From: an uncultured Clostridia bacterium
GTDB lineage: Bacteria > Bacillota > Clostridia > Christensenellales > UBA1750
DNA length: 64,000 nt
Direction: 5' to 3'
Assembly: GCA_944383925.1 (NCBI GenBank)
Contig: CALWRM010000015.1
Span: 57,229 to 121,228 of the forward strand
Shown: in pieces, positions 44,625 to 53,551 of the stretch
Position numbering within the stretch: the first letter of the stretch is position 1
Layout of the letters: the number at the start of each line of letters is the position of its first letter
Position numbers and translations under genes: made by a program
The notes under the pieces: generated by a model
What the model saw: the letters and a program-made list of their open reading frames with translations, nothing else
The model's database searches: none
What the model was told of the DNA's origin: nothing

Positions 44625-45341
44625 ATGGAGCGGGAATGGCTGGTCAACGGGCTGGCGGTGCGCGCCAGCTTTCGGGAGAAAAGCGTTGAGGAGGTCTTTC
44701 TGCCCCTGCTTCGCCGCCTGAGCGCGCAGGCCCAGGGGGCGTCGGGCCGGCTGGTGGCCTTCCTGGCCGGACCGCCCGGCTCGGGCAAGAGCACCTTGGC
44801 GGCCTTTTTGCAGGAGCTTTCCGGATGCACGCCCGGACAAAAGCCCCTGCAGGCCCTGGGCATGGATGGCTTTCATTATCCCCAGCGGGAGATCGAGGCC
44901 CGGCAGGTGTGGCGGGATGGCCGCTGGCAGCCCATGAAGCGCTTCAAGGGCGGGCCGGAGAGCTTCGATGTGGAGAAGCTGGCGGCGGCGCTTGGATCCC
45001 TGCGGCGGGGGGAGCCGCTGCGCTGGCCCCTCTACGACCGCCGGCTGCACGACGTGGTGGAGGACGCCCTCGAGGTGCAAGAAGGGATCGTCCTGGTGGA
45101 GGGCAACTGGCTGCTGGACCAAAGGCAGCCCTGGGCAAGCCTGCGGAAGCTCTGCGACATGGCCATCGCCCTGCGGGCCGATGAGGAGCTGCTGCGTCCC
45201 AGGCTGATCGCCCGCAAGATGTTGGGCGGCTTGACGGAGGCGGAGGCAAGGGTCTTTTACGAGACCAGCGACGGGCCCAGCGTGCGCATGTGCCTGCGGC
45301 ATCTGCAGCCGGCGGACGTAGAGCTGCAACTGCCGCTGTGA
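44625..45341 (+). CDS. P-loop nucleoside/nucleotide-kinase-family protein
   Basis: Walker A motif LAGPPGSGKSTLA, with GMDGFHY and VLVEGNWLL motifs as in the uridine-kinase/PRK-like family. Confidence 0.65.
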   Translation: MEREWLVNGLAVRASFREKSVEEVFLPLLRRLSAQAQGASGRLVAFLAGPPGSGKSTLAAFLQELSGCTPGQKPLQALGMDGFHYPQREIEARQVWRDGRWQPMKRFKGGPESFDVEKLAAALGSLRRGEPLRWPLYDRRLHDVVEDALEVQEGIVLVEGNWLLDQRQPWASLRKLCDMAIALRADEELLRPRLIARKMLGGLTEAEARVFYETSDGPSVRMCLRHLQPADVELQLPL

Positions 45342-45390
45342 AGCGGGCCCGTTGAGGCCGGATCCTAAACACAGGAGGCGAAAACGCGGC

Positions 45391-45885
45391 ATGTTTGTGC
45401 CCGACGGTCTGTTGGAGGAACTCTGCCAACGCCTGGACAAGGAAGGGGCCGGCGATTGGCGGAGGAAGCTGATGCAAAAGGAATACGGCCGTCTGCATTT
45501 GGCCGTGATGGCGGAGCCCTACTAAACGCGCATCTTGCAGGGGGAAAAGACGCTGGAATCGCGCCTGAGCAGGAACAGGATTCCGCCCTATGGCCGGCTT
45601 GACGTAGGGGACGTGGTGCTCATGAAAAAAACCGGCGGGGACATTGTGGCGTTGTTTGAGGCCGCCGCCGTGGAGTACATCGTCCTGGGACAGCAAATGG
45701 AGCTTGGCCAATTGCAGGCGCGCTACAACCGGCGCCTTTGCTGCGACGAGGCATTTTGGAAGGTAAAACAGGACAGCCGGTATGCAACGCTGATAGAAAT
45801 TGACCATTTGCAGCGCATACAGCCCCTGCGCTTTGCCAAAAAAGGGCGTCAAACCTGGCTCGTGCTCCAGTCGACCGGCGAGTAG
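45391..45885 (+). pseudogene. ASCH-domain gene interrupted by an in-frame TAA
   Basis: ATG 45391 opens a frame that hits TAA at 45523-45525. The same frame continues to 45885 and encodes ...LHLAVMAEPY*TRILQGEKTLESRLSRNRIPPYG..., so the ASCH-like N-terminal strand is split by the stop. Confidence 0.55.
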
Positions 45886-46156
45886 CGGGCGGCCCGGACG
45901 CTTTTTTCTGCGGGGCGAAGGGGATGGCCTGCCATTGCACAAAAACCTCGGCAAGGCGGCCGCCGTGGCCCTGCGAGAACGCACCGCACCCTGGTCAAAG
46001 GGATGGCCGGGGTCAGCCGTCCGGCATGCCGGCGGGGAAAGGCATGGGGAAGACCGCACCGGCGCGTGCAGGGAAGGAAAGGGGGACCGCCCGAGGGGAG
46101 CGATGCGCTTCCTCCAGGCGGCCCCCCTTTGATATGGAAGGCAAACCCTTGGCCGG

Positions 46157-46591
46157 TCACAGGCGCTTGACGAAACAGACGATCCTGCCCGCTTCTTCAA
46201 ATTCCAGCGCCCTATGAAAGCGGATGCTGGGGAGGTTTTCCGTGGAGCAGTCGCTGGCGAACTCCGAACAGCCCTGCTCTCTGGCCCAAGCCTCGCACGC
46301 TTGCAACAGGGCACGGGCAAAGCCGCGATGGCGAAAGCCCTCCCGCACGAAGATCCCCTCCAAATAGCCGACGGGGCTTGTCTGCGTGCCTTCCACATAG
46401 TCCTGCCGAAGCTGACACTGCGCAAAGCCGGCCGGCTCGCCCTCGGCTTCGATCAGGAAAAAACGGGAGTTGCCCGCTTCCAGCGCAGCGGAAAACGCCT
46501 CGAGCAGCTCTTGCGCCGTGTGTTCCTGCCACAGCTGGGCTGCCAGAGCCGCCACCTGTGCCAGATCCTCCTTGTCTGCGCTGCGAACCAT
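46157..46591 (-). CDS. GNAT acetyltransferase, AAC(6')-I-like
   Basis: GYLEGIFVREGFRHRGFARALLQACEAWAREQGCSEFASDCSTENLPSIRFHRALEFEE closely follows the remembered AAC(6')-I C-terminal pattern (YLEGI.V....R..G.a..L....E.WA...GC.E.ASD....N..S...H..LGF.E). Confidence 0.7.
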   Translation of the reverse strand: MVRSADKEDLAQVAALAAQLWQEHTAQELLEAFSAALEAGNSRFFLIEAEGEPAGFAQCQLRQDYVEGTQTSPVGYLEGIFVREGFRHRGFARALLQACEAWAREQGCSEFASDCSTENLPSIRFHRALEFEEAGRIVCFVKRL

Positions 46592-46752
46592 GTTTTCTCC
46601 TCCCTTCGAGACAAGGCGTGCGAAGATCTAAGGCGAGGAAAGCGGCCGGCGCCTCCGCAAGCCCGTTGGCGAAAGTCCAGGACGCCGGATAAGAGTCCGG
46701 CCATCCCGGGGCGGCGCGAATCCGCCCTTCCCGCTTTGACAAGCGGTCGAAG

Positions 46753-47223
46753 CTACAGCTTCCACTCGAATTCGAATTCGTGCTGTATGGGGATGTCCTC
46801 GTTGCCGCGCAGCGGGATGGAGGGCTTGAGCCTTCTCGACGCTGCGATTGCGTCGATGTGCACGGCGCGCAGGGCAAAGCCAACCCGCTGGTAATAGCGG
46901 ATGGCATGTATATTGTCGTTGGTGGTGATGAGCCAGACCCGGCTGCAATGCTGCGCCCTTGCCACGGAAAGAACCGCCTCGATCAGGGCCTTGCCAACAC
47001 CGCGATTTTCCTGCAGGCTGTGCAACACCAGGATTTCGCACTGCCCGTTTTCGACGGCATACAAAACATATCCCAGCAGGACGTCCCCCTCGACGGCGAT
47101 AAAGCCGTCCGCATCGGAGGTGTCGTGCAGCAAGCCGCGGGTCGCCACCAGCGGGCCGCACCATTCATCCCGTATGTGCCGGTTGACTTCCTGCCGGAAT
47201 CGATCCTGGATGGGTTGTACCAT
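46753..47223 (-). CDS. GNAT-family N-acetyltransferase
   Basis: ILVLHSLQENRGVGKALIEAV acetyl-CoA-binding motif. Confidence 0.8.
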   Translation of the reverse strand: MVQPIQDRFRQEVNRHIRDEWCGPLVATRGLLHDTSDADGFIAVEGDVLLGYVLYAVENGQCEILVLHSLQENRGVGKALIEAVLSVARAQHCSRVWLITTNDNIHAIRYYQRVGFALRAVHIDAIAASRRLKPSIPLRGNEDIPIQHEFEFEWKL

Positions 47224-47425
47224 GGACGTCTTCCTTTCTATTCTACTCTACTTCTACGATTGTTGGGTTGCGGCGCCTGGACAGGCAAAGCCTTCCCGTT
47301 TCGCCGTTTCTCGTAGGAGCAAGGCAGATCCTATCCCTGGGAACGGCCCTGCTTTCGGGCTTTGGCATGCTGGGGAAACCCGCGCCTCCGCCTCCCTGCG
47401 CGGAAGGTGGATCCCCCTTCCTGTT

Positions 47426-47947
47426 TCAAACCTCGCCGAGAGACGCCTCCCATCTCAATCTGTAGAACTGCTGGACCCACTCCGGATACTGCCTATATGT
47501 TCCCTCTAAACGCAACCTTTCCAACGTTCTCTTCCCCACGCGCTTGTCCATGATGGCGAAAACCCGTATCAGGGAATTGTCGCTCTCCAAGGCCTCTTGG
47601 ATGGATAGCTGTAGATACTTGGTCGCCGCGAATAGAAAATCGTAGTCGGAAAACGTCGCTTGGTCGTTCCATTTTTTCAATAACTCCGGATCTTCGCAAT
47701 TCCATTTTCTGGTTTCCCGCCATTTTTCCGCCACATCCGCCTCTTGCCGATACATATCCACCCAGGAGAATTGTATCAGCTCTTTTCCATCCAGCCGGAT
47801 CGCGGCTCTCCCATAGGCATTGTGCACATCGTGATATCTGGTGAGAAAATACGTGATCCTCCCCCGCAGCTCCTTGCAAACAGCGTCCGTCAATTGCTTG
47901 TTTAGACCGGACCACGACTTATAATGCTTCGTTTCGAACACAGCCAA
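47426..47947 (-). CDS. Hypothetical protein (lower-GC orphan)
   Basis: An uninterrupted 173-codon ORF. Sampled lines are about 50-55% GC against about 65-70% in the flanks. Trp/Tyr/Lys-rich soluble protein with no motif I can name. Confidence 0.55.
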   Translation of the reverse strand: MAVFETKHYKSWSGLNKQLTDAVCKELRGRITYFLTRYHDVHNAYGRAAIRLDGKELIQFSWVDMYRQEADVAEKWRETRKWNCEDPELLKKWNDQATFSDYDFLFAATKYLQLSIQEALESDNSLIRVFAIMDKRVGKRTLERLRLEGTYRQYPEWVQQFYRLRWEASLGEV

Positions 47948-48144
47948 CTCCTTTTCTGCGATCTATTTCGCTGCCCGCGCCGAATCCCCGAGCGCTCGAA
48001 ACGGCCGGAAAGCCTGCCGTCCAATCCGCTCCTAGGCGGGCTGTAACGGATATATAGAGAACGGCGCTACTCTCCACAATGATTCCCTCCCGAGAAAAAA
48101 ACCTTGCGAAAAGGAGTTGCGGCTGTTTATCGGACCGCGTCCGC

Positions 48145-49515
48145 CTAGGCTTTGGACAAAAGCACCGCCGTCTCCACGTGGCCGGTTAGGGGGAACATGT
48201 CCACGGGCTGCACGCGCTCGGGGGCGTAGCCGCCCTCGTGGAGGAAGGCCATGTCGCGCGCCAGGGTGGCGGGGTTGCAGGAGACGTAGACGATGCGCTG
48301 GGGGGCGGCTTGCAGAAGCGCGCGCAGGAGAGCGCGGTCGCAACCCTTTCGGGGAGGGTCTACGGTGGCCACATCGAAGCGCAGGCCTTCGGCGACCAGG
48401 CGGGGCAGGACGGTTTCGCAACTGCCCTGGTAGAAGCTTGCGTTCGGCAGGCCGTTGCGCAGGGCGCTGTCCCTGGCGTCGGCCACGGCGCCGGCGTACA
48501 GCTCGACGCCCACCACCTGGGCGCCGCTTTGTTTGGCCATCAGCAGGGCGATGGTCCCGGAGCCGCAGTAGGCGTCCACGGCGGTTTCCCACGGGCGCAG
48601 GCGCGCAAAGTCCAGCGCGGTCTGGTACAGCCGGGCGGTCTGCGCGGGGTTTATCTGAAAAAAGGAGAGGGGAGAGATGCGAAAGGTCAGCCCGAGCATC
48701 GTTTCCTCCAGGCTGTCGCGGCCGTAGAGGGTTTGACAAGGACCCTGCAGGATGGGCGCGTTTCGCCGCGTGTTTTGGTTGAGCACCAGGCCGACGAGAT
48801 TGGGCAACTCCGCGCGCAGGGCCTGGACCAGGTCCTGGGCGTGGGGCAGGCTTGTGCCGTTGACAACCAACACCAGGAGCAGCTCGCCCCTTTGGTTGGT
48901 GCGCGCGACCAGATGGCGCAGCAGCCCTCGGTGGGCGCCAGGGTCATAGGCGGGCAGGCCGTGGCGGCGCATCCAGGCTTCCACGATGCCGGCCGCCCGG
49001 TTGGCGGCCTCCGGCTGCAACAGGCAGGCCGTGGTGGCGGCCAGGTGGTGGCTGCCAGGCTCGTAGAGCCCCAGGCGAACCTGCCCTTCGTGCAGGCCGC
49101 AGGCATACACGGCCTTGTTGCGGTAATGAAGGGGATCGGCCATGGAGAGGATGGGGTCTAGGCGGTAGGAGCCGGGCGCAAAGCCGCCAAGCCGCTGGAG
49201 AGCCTGGACCACCTTGTCCGTCTTGGCTTGGGCCTGCGCCTGGGCGCTCATGTGCTGCAGGCAGCAGCCTCCGCAGCGGCCGTACAGGGGACAGGAAGGT
49301 TCGGCCCGCTGGGGCGAGGGGAGCAGGAGCTGTTCCACCCGGGCCCTGGCGTAGCGCGGGGCGCACTCCGTTACCCGGGCGGTCACCCGTTCGCCGGGCA
49401 GGGCCTTCTCCACGAAGACGGTCAATCCCTGCCATTGGGCGACGGCCTCTCCCGGCTCGCCCGTGCGCTGGCAGTCCAGCGTCAACAGCTGGCCGGCGGT
49501 CACAGGGTATTCCAT
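48145..49515 (-). CDS. rlmD: 23S rRNA (uracil-C5)-methyltransferase RlmD/RumA family
   Basis: N-terminal TRAM domain, the Fe-S cysteines CPLYGRCGGCCLQH, and SAM-MTase motifs (DAYCGSGTI, VDPPRKG). Confidence 0.88.
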   Translation of the reverse strand: MEYPVTAGQLLTLDCQRTGEPGEAVAQWQGLTVFVEKALPGERVTARVTECAPRYARARVEQLLLPSPQRAEPSCPLYGRCGGCCLQHMSAQAQAQAKTDKVVQALQRLGGFAPGSYRLDPILSMADPLHYRNKAVYACGLHEGQVRLGLYEPGSHHLAATTACLLQPEAANRAAGIVEAWMRRHGLPAYDPGAHRGLLRHLVARTNQRGELLLVLVVNGTSLPHAQDLVQALRAELPNLVGLVLNQNTRRNAPILQGPCQTLYGRDSLEETMLGLTFRISPLSFFQINPAQTARLYQTALDFARLRPWETAVDAYCGSGTIALLMAKQSGAQVVGVELYAGAVADARDSALRNGLPNASFYQGSCETVLPRLVAEGLRFDVATVDPPRKGCDRALLRALLQAAPQRIVYVSCNPATLARDMAFLHEGGYAPERVQPVDMFPLTGHVETAVLLSKA

Positions 49516-49546
49516 GCGGCTGGCCTCCTTTGCGTTTGCCTGCGCC

Positions 49547-51874
49547 TCAGGCGCGGGGCGGATCCTGTAGCTCGATGTGGCCGCCGTTGGTCTCCAGCAC
49601 GGCGCCGGAGGGGAGTTCCACCCGGACGGGCACGGCGGGCAGGTCCGCGGTCAGGTGCATCGCGCCTTCCTCCAGGCGCCAATGCACGAAGGCCTCGCCC
49701 TTGGGCGTGGGCACGCGGCCGGAAAGCTCGCGGGTGAGCAGGGGCTGGGGCCGGAGCAGCAGCTTTTCCCAGCCGATGGCCAGGGGACGGACGCCCAAGA
49801 GGCTGCGGGGGAACTCGTACAGGGGCAAGGCGCTCCAGGCGTGGCAGTCGCTGCGGGTCTCGCCGGGCTTTTCGGGGATGGTGGTTAGATGGCGGTCCAA
49901 CATATCCAGGTATTGCTGGAAGACGGAGACGCTCAAGCCATACAGGCCCACCTTTTCCAGGGCGCGCAGCAGGGTGAATTGCCAGGGGAAGGTGCAGAGC
50001 AACACGTCCGGCGACTCCATCGCGGCGCGCATGGCGTTTTGGGCCTGCTCGCCGGTCAGCAGGCCGGTGAGTACGGCCAGACTTTGGGCGTGTTGGCTGT
50101 ACTGGGCAAAGCCCGGACCTTCCCGCAGAAGCCCGCGCGCCTCGTCCCAGCAGCTGGCCCACACGGCCCTTTGAACGCCCTCGGCCCGCTCCAGGTATTC
50201 GGCGGCCAGGCCGGGCCTGCCGCTGTGCTCCATCAGGAAGGCGGCCGCCTGCAAGGCATAGGCATAGCTGAGGTTGTGCACGGTGGACGGGCCGCGCCAA
50301 ACCGCGTCCGGCACGCCGTTGCGGGCGTTCCATTCCTCCACCCAGTCGCCAAAGTCCCAATAGCCAAGCCCCTCCACCAGGCCTTGCTCGTTGACGTGCC
50401 GGTCAAAATAGCCCAGCACCGCATCCACCGTGGGCCTGTAAAAGCGGATTAGCTCCGCGTCCCCCGTCTGGATCAGGTATTCGCGCAGCATGTAAATCCA
50501 GTGCAGCGCAAAGCAGGGGATCACCTGGGTGCGGATGCAGGGATAGCGGGATTGCAGGATGCCGTCCGGCAGCAGGGAGCAATGGTAATGCCAAAGCACG
50601 CTGCGGGCCATGCGGGTATCCCCGGAAACGGCGTAGGTGAAGAGCATTTGCAACCGGGTGTCCAGGGTGTATTGCAGCTGTTCGTAATAGGGGCAATCCT
50701 CGTGGGTCTCGTGCATGCAGCGCTGCAGCGTGCGGCAGGAGATCTCCCAAAGCTGGGACAGGCGCTGGTCGTGGAAGTCGAATTGCGCCGAAACGTCCAG
50801 GGGATAGCCGAGCTCCACGAACTCGGGCAGGCGCAGCTCCGCCGCCTCCTCGCCTGCGCACAGCTCTACCTGCACATAGCGGAAGGTGCGGAACCAGAAG
50901 TTTTCAAAGTCCGCGCCGGACTCTCCGCCCAGCAGCAGGTCGAATTGGCCCTCGATGCGGCCGGAGACCCAGTCGTCCCGGCGCATGGGCCCCGTGGGCT
51001 CGCCGGCGTCCTTGGGGAAGAAGCGCTCGGCATAGGTCAGGCGCAGCCGGGAACCCTTGCCCCGAAGGCCAAGGCGCAGATACGCGGTGCGCAGCACGCC
51101 CGCATCCAGGATCAGGCGCAGCGAGGAGCCGGGGGAAAGGCGGCAGAGCCCGTCCGGAAAGTGGGGGAAGCCCGCCTGCCCCACCTCGCCCACGAAGGCG
51201 CCGGGGGTATGGCGCAGGTTGGGGATGGGCCGGGCCTTGAGCAACACGGGGGAGAACTCGCCATAGGGGTTGATGCCCGTTTGAAAATAGGCTTGGGCCT
51301 TGGGCCAGCCCAGGGGTTCGGCGTCCCGCCAGCCCTGGGGCTCCTGAAAGAGGCGGCGCGTTTCGGTGAAGCCGACATAGGCGGCGCCGGCGTTGTCGAT
51401 GGATACGCTGGAATCCTCCACGGCGATCCAGGCGGCCTCCGACGTGGACAGGGGCAGGACGCCGCCGCCGGCAAGAACCGCCTCGCCCTGGGCGACGAAG
51501 CAAAGCCCGCAATCGGAAACATAGACCGATAGGGGACCGTATTGGCGATGGTCCGGATGGAAATGGGCAAAGGCGTACACCCGGACCACCAAGGCGTTTT
51601 TGCCGGGGCGCAGCAGCGGGGCCAGGTCGATGGTTTCGTAGTAATGGTTCCAATGGTCGCCCTTCATGGGGCCTTCCAGCGCGCAGCTTCCGTTGACGAA
51701 GAGCTGGTAGCGGTCCACCGCGGAGAGGCACAGACTCGCCCGCTCCACGGGGGCGTCCAGCTCCAGCTCCAGGCGGAACCAGGCGGCGGAGAGCTGGTCG
51801 CGGCGTCCCGCATCCATCCCCTTCGGACGAACCCAAAGGGAACCCTGTAATTGAGTGGAGATGGCTTCAAGCAT
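49547..51874 (-). CDS. GH78-like alpha-L-rhamnosidase-family six-hairpin glycosidase
   Basis: 775 aa. HEDCPYYEQLQYTLDTR resembles the DCPxRE(R/Q)xxYxGD motif of the rhamnosidase catalytic domain. AGGAGG lies 7 nt upstream of the ATG. Confidence 0.65.
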   Translation of the reverse strand: MLEAISTQLQGSLWVRPKGMDAGRRDQLSAAWFRLELELDAPVERASLCLSAVDRYQLFVNGSCALEGPMKGDHWNHYYETIDLAPLLRPGKNALVVRVYAFAHFHPDHRQYGPLSVYVSDCGLCFVAQGEAVLAGGGVLPLSTSEAAWIAVEDSSVSIDNAGAAYVGFTETRRLFQEPQGWRDAEPLGWPKAQAYFQTGINPYGEFSPVLLKARPIPNLRHTPGAFVGEVGQAGFPHFPDGLCRLSPGSSLRLILDAGVLRTAYLRLGLRGKGSRLRLTYAERFFPKDAGEPTGPMRRDDWVSGRIEGQFDLLLGGESGADFENFWFRTFRYVQVELCAGEEAAELRLPEFVELGYPLDVSAQFDFHDQRLSQLWEISCRTLQRCMHETHEDCPYYEQLQYTLDTRLQMLFTYAVSGDTRMARSVLWHYHCSLLPDGILQSRYPCIRTQVIPCFALHWIYMLREYLIQTGDAELIRFYRPTVDAVLGYFDRHVNEQGLVEGLGYWDFGDWVEEWNARNGVPDAVWRGPSTVHNLSYAYALQAAAFLMEHSGRPGLAAEYLERAEGVQRAVWASCWDEARGLLREGPGFAQYSQHAQSLAVLTGLLTGEQAQNAMRAAMESPDVLLCTFPWQFTLLRALEKVGLYGLSVSVFQQYLDMLDRHLTTIPEKPGETRSDCHAWSALPLYEFPRSLLGVRPLAIGWEKLLLRPQPLLTRELSGRVPTPKGEAFVHWRLEEGAMHLTADLPAVPVRVELPSGAVLETNGGHIELQDPPRA

Positions 51875-52430
51875 CGTCGTTTCCTCCTATAAAATAGGTA
51901 TAGACTTGCCGAACAAGGGAAAACCAGCCGTTTGGGTTTTGCAACATATCTTCCTGCAGGCGCCGCGCCTCCTCCTCCAGCGCCGCCCGCTGGGCCGGCG
52001 TCATTTCGCCGCGCAGGCAGGCCTGGGCCAGCTCGTCCAGATCATCCACCAGCACGCGATGGTCGTCAAAGAGGATCACGTCCGCGTAGGCATCCAAGAA
52101 CCACCCCTCGCCCCTGTCCAAAAGCAGGTCCACGTACACCTGGTAGACCTCGCCGGAGGGCTGGAGAATGCCGGTGACCGCATACAGGCCTTCGTCCGGC
52201 AGCAGGGTGAGCCAGGCATAGCCCGTGTCCGCGATGGTGAAGCGGTTGGGCGGGGCGATGGGCTTTTCCTTGACCAGGGGCTGGGTAAACGCCAGCATGC
52301 GGTGCAGGCAGGCCTGCCCGCAAAAGCCGGGAAGGCGCAGGCGCAGCCAGCGGTCGGAGAAGGCGGTGCAGCCCTTGGGGTTGCGATTGAGCGCTTTTTT
52401 TAACACGGCCGATGGGGCGTTCCTTTCCAA
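51867..52430 (-). CDS. DUF402-domain protein (FomD-like nucleotide phosphatase fold)
   Basis: YAWLTLLPDEGLYAVTGIL...YVDLLLD...WFLDAYADVILFDD is a DUF402-like pattern. The start is uncertain (TTG 52430). The 3' end overlaps the GH78 gene by 8 nt. Confidence 0.55.
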   Translation of the reverse strand: MERNAPSAVLKKALNRNPKGCTAFSDRWLRLRLPGFCGQACLHRMLAFTQPLVKEKPIAPPNRFTIADTGYAWLTLLPDEGLYAVTGILQPSGEVYQVYVDLLLDRGEGWFLDAYADVILFDDHRVLVDDLDELAQACLRGEMTPAQRAALEEEARRLQEDMLQNPNGWFSLVRQVYTYFIGGNDDA

Positions 52431-52507
52431 ATAATATAATGTGGGGGCGGGGCGGCGGGCCTGCGTCTTGCGTCTTGCGGCGGCGCGGCAATGCTGGTAT
52501 GCTTTTG

Positions 52508-53464
52508 CTAGGCCGGCTCAAAGTCCAAGGAGCCCAGGACGCGCAGGCTTCCGTCCTCCAACAGCAGCAGGGCGGAGGCCTGGGGGAATTGCGCCAGCAG
52601 CGCGGCGGCGCCCTCCTCGCCCAGCACGAAGCAGGCGGTGGAAAGCGCGTCGGCCAACAGGCCGCTGGGACAGACCACGGTCACCGACAGCAGCCCTGCG
52701 TCGGCGGGATAGCCGGTCTTGGGATCGAGGATGTGGTGATAGCGCACGCCGTCCAGGGTGAAGCCCCGCTGGGCGCCGCTGGAGGTGGAGACGGCCCCTT
52801 CCGTCAGGTACAGCACGCCCAGCATGCTGCCGGACTGCCTGGGGTCCTCCACGCCGACGCGGAAGGGCTCGCCGTCCTTGCCGCCGGAAAGGTACAGGCA
52901 GCCGCCCAGGTTCAATAAGAAGCTGGTAACGCCCCTTTCCCGCAGCAGGGCGGCCATGTCGTCGGCCAGGGCGCCCTTGGCCACGGCGCCCAGGTCCAGC
53001 TGCATGCAGGGATCCAGGAGCGTGGCCTCGTTACCATCCAGGCGCAGCCCGTCCGCGCCCGCATGGGACAGGGCTTCCAGAAGGGCGCTTTCCTCGGGCA
53101 AGCTCGGCTGTTCGGCGCTGAAGTCCCACAGGGCGGACACGCCGCCAAGGCCGATATCCAGCGCGCCGGAGCTGGCCGCATACATGTCCAAACAGAAGGC
53201 CAGCAGCTCCGCCGTTTCGGGCGAAAGGGTGGCGCAGCCCTCCTGGTTCAGGCGGGAGATCTCCGTCCCCTCCCGATGGCAGGACAGCCGGGCCTCGGCC
53301 TCGTCCGCCAGGGACAGGGCCTCCTGGGCCAGGGCTTGGCTGCCGCCCTGGTAGAGGCTGACGCTCAGGATGGTATCCATGGCAAAGCCCTGGGCCGTGA
53401 CGGGCTTTGCCGAACAGCCGCAGAGCAAACACAGCGCAAGAAGCAGCGCGAGCAGGCGTTTCAT
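52508..53464 (-). CDS. apbE: FAD:protein FMN transferase ApbE (lipoprotein)
   Basis: Lipobox LLCGCS. FAMDT, LDLGAVAKG and HHILDPKTGYPA signatures. Confidence 0.88.
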   Translation of the reverse strand: MKRLLALLLALCLLCGCSAKPVTAQGFAMDTILSVSLYQGGSQALAQEALSLADEAEARLSCHREGTEISRLNQEGCATLSPETAELLAFCLDMYAASSGALDIGLGGVSALWDFSAEQPSLPEESALLEALSHAGADGLRLDGNEATLLDPCMQLDLGAVAKGALADDMAALLRERGVTSFLLNLGGCLYLSGGKDGEPFRVGVEDPRQSGSMLGVLYLTEGAVSTSSGAQRGFTLDGVRYHHILDPKTGYPADAGLLSVTVVCPSGLLADALSTACFVLGEEGAAALLAQFPQASALLLLEDGSLRVLGSLDFEPA

Positions 53465-53551
53465 GCCGGAGACAGGCCTCCTTCCTTAAGAAACCATGAT
53501 AAGGGTTGCGGGAGGAGATGTCAATTGAAAGCAGGGAAAGGGGGAGGTACC

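Noticed and set aside
43198-46591. Labelling the APH-like and AAC(6')-like genes as bona fide antibiotic-resistance determinants, or the region as a resistance island.
   Set aside because: Only fold-level or family-level motifs are visible. There are no mobile-element hallmarks, and substrate specificity cannot be inferred without database identity values or assays. They are reported as findings with that caveat instead.
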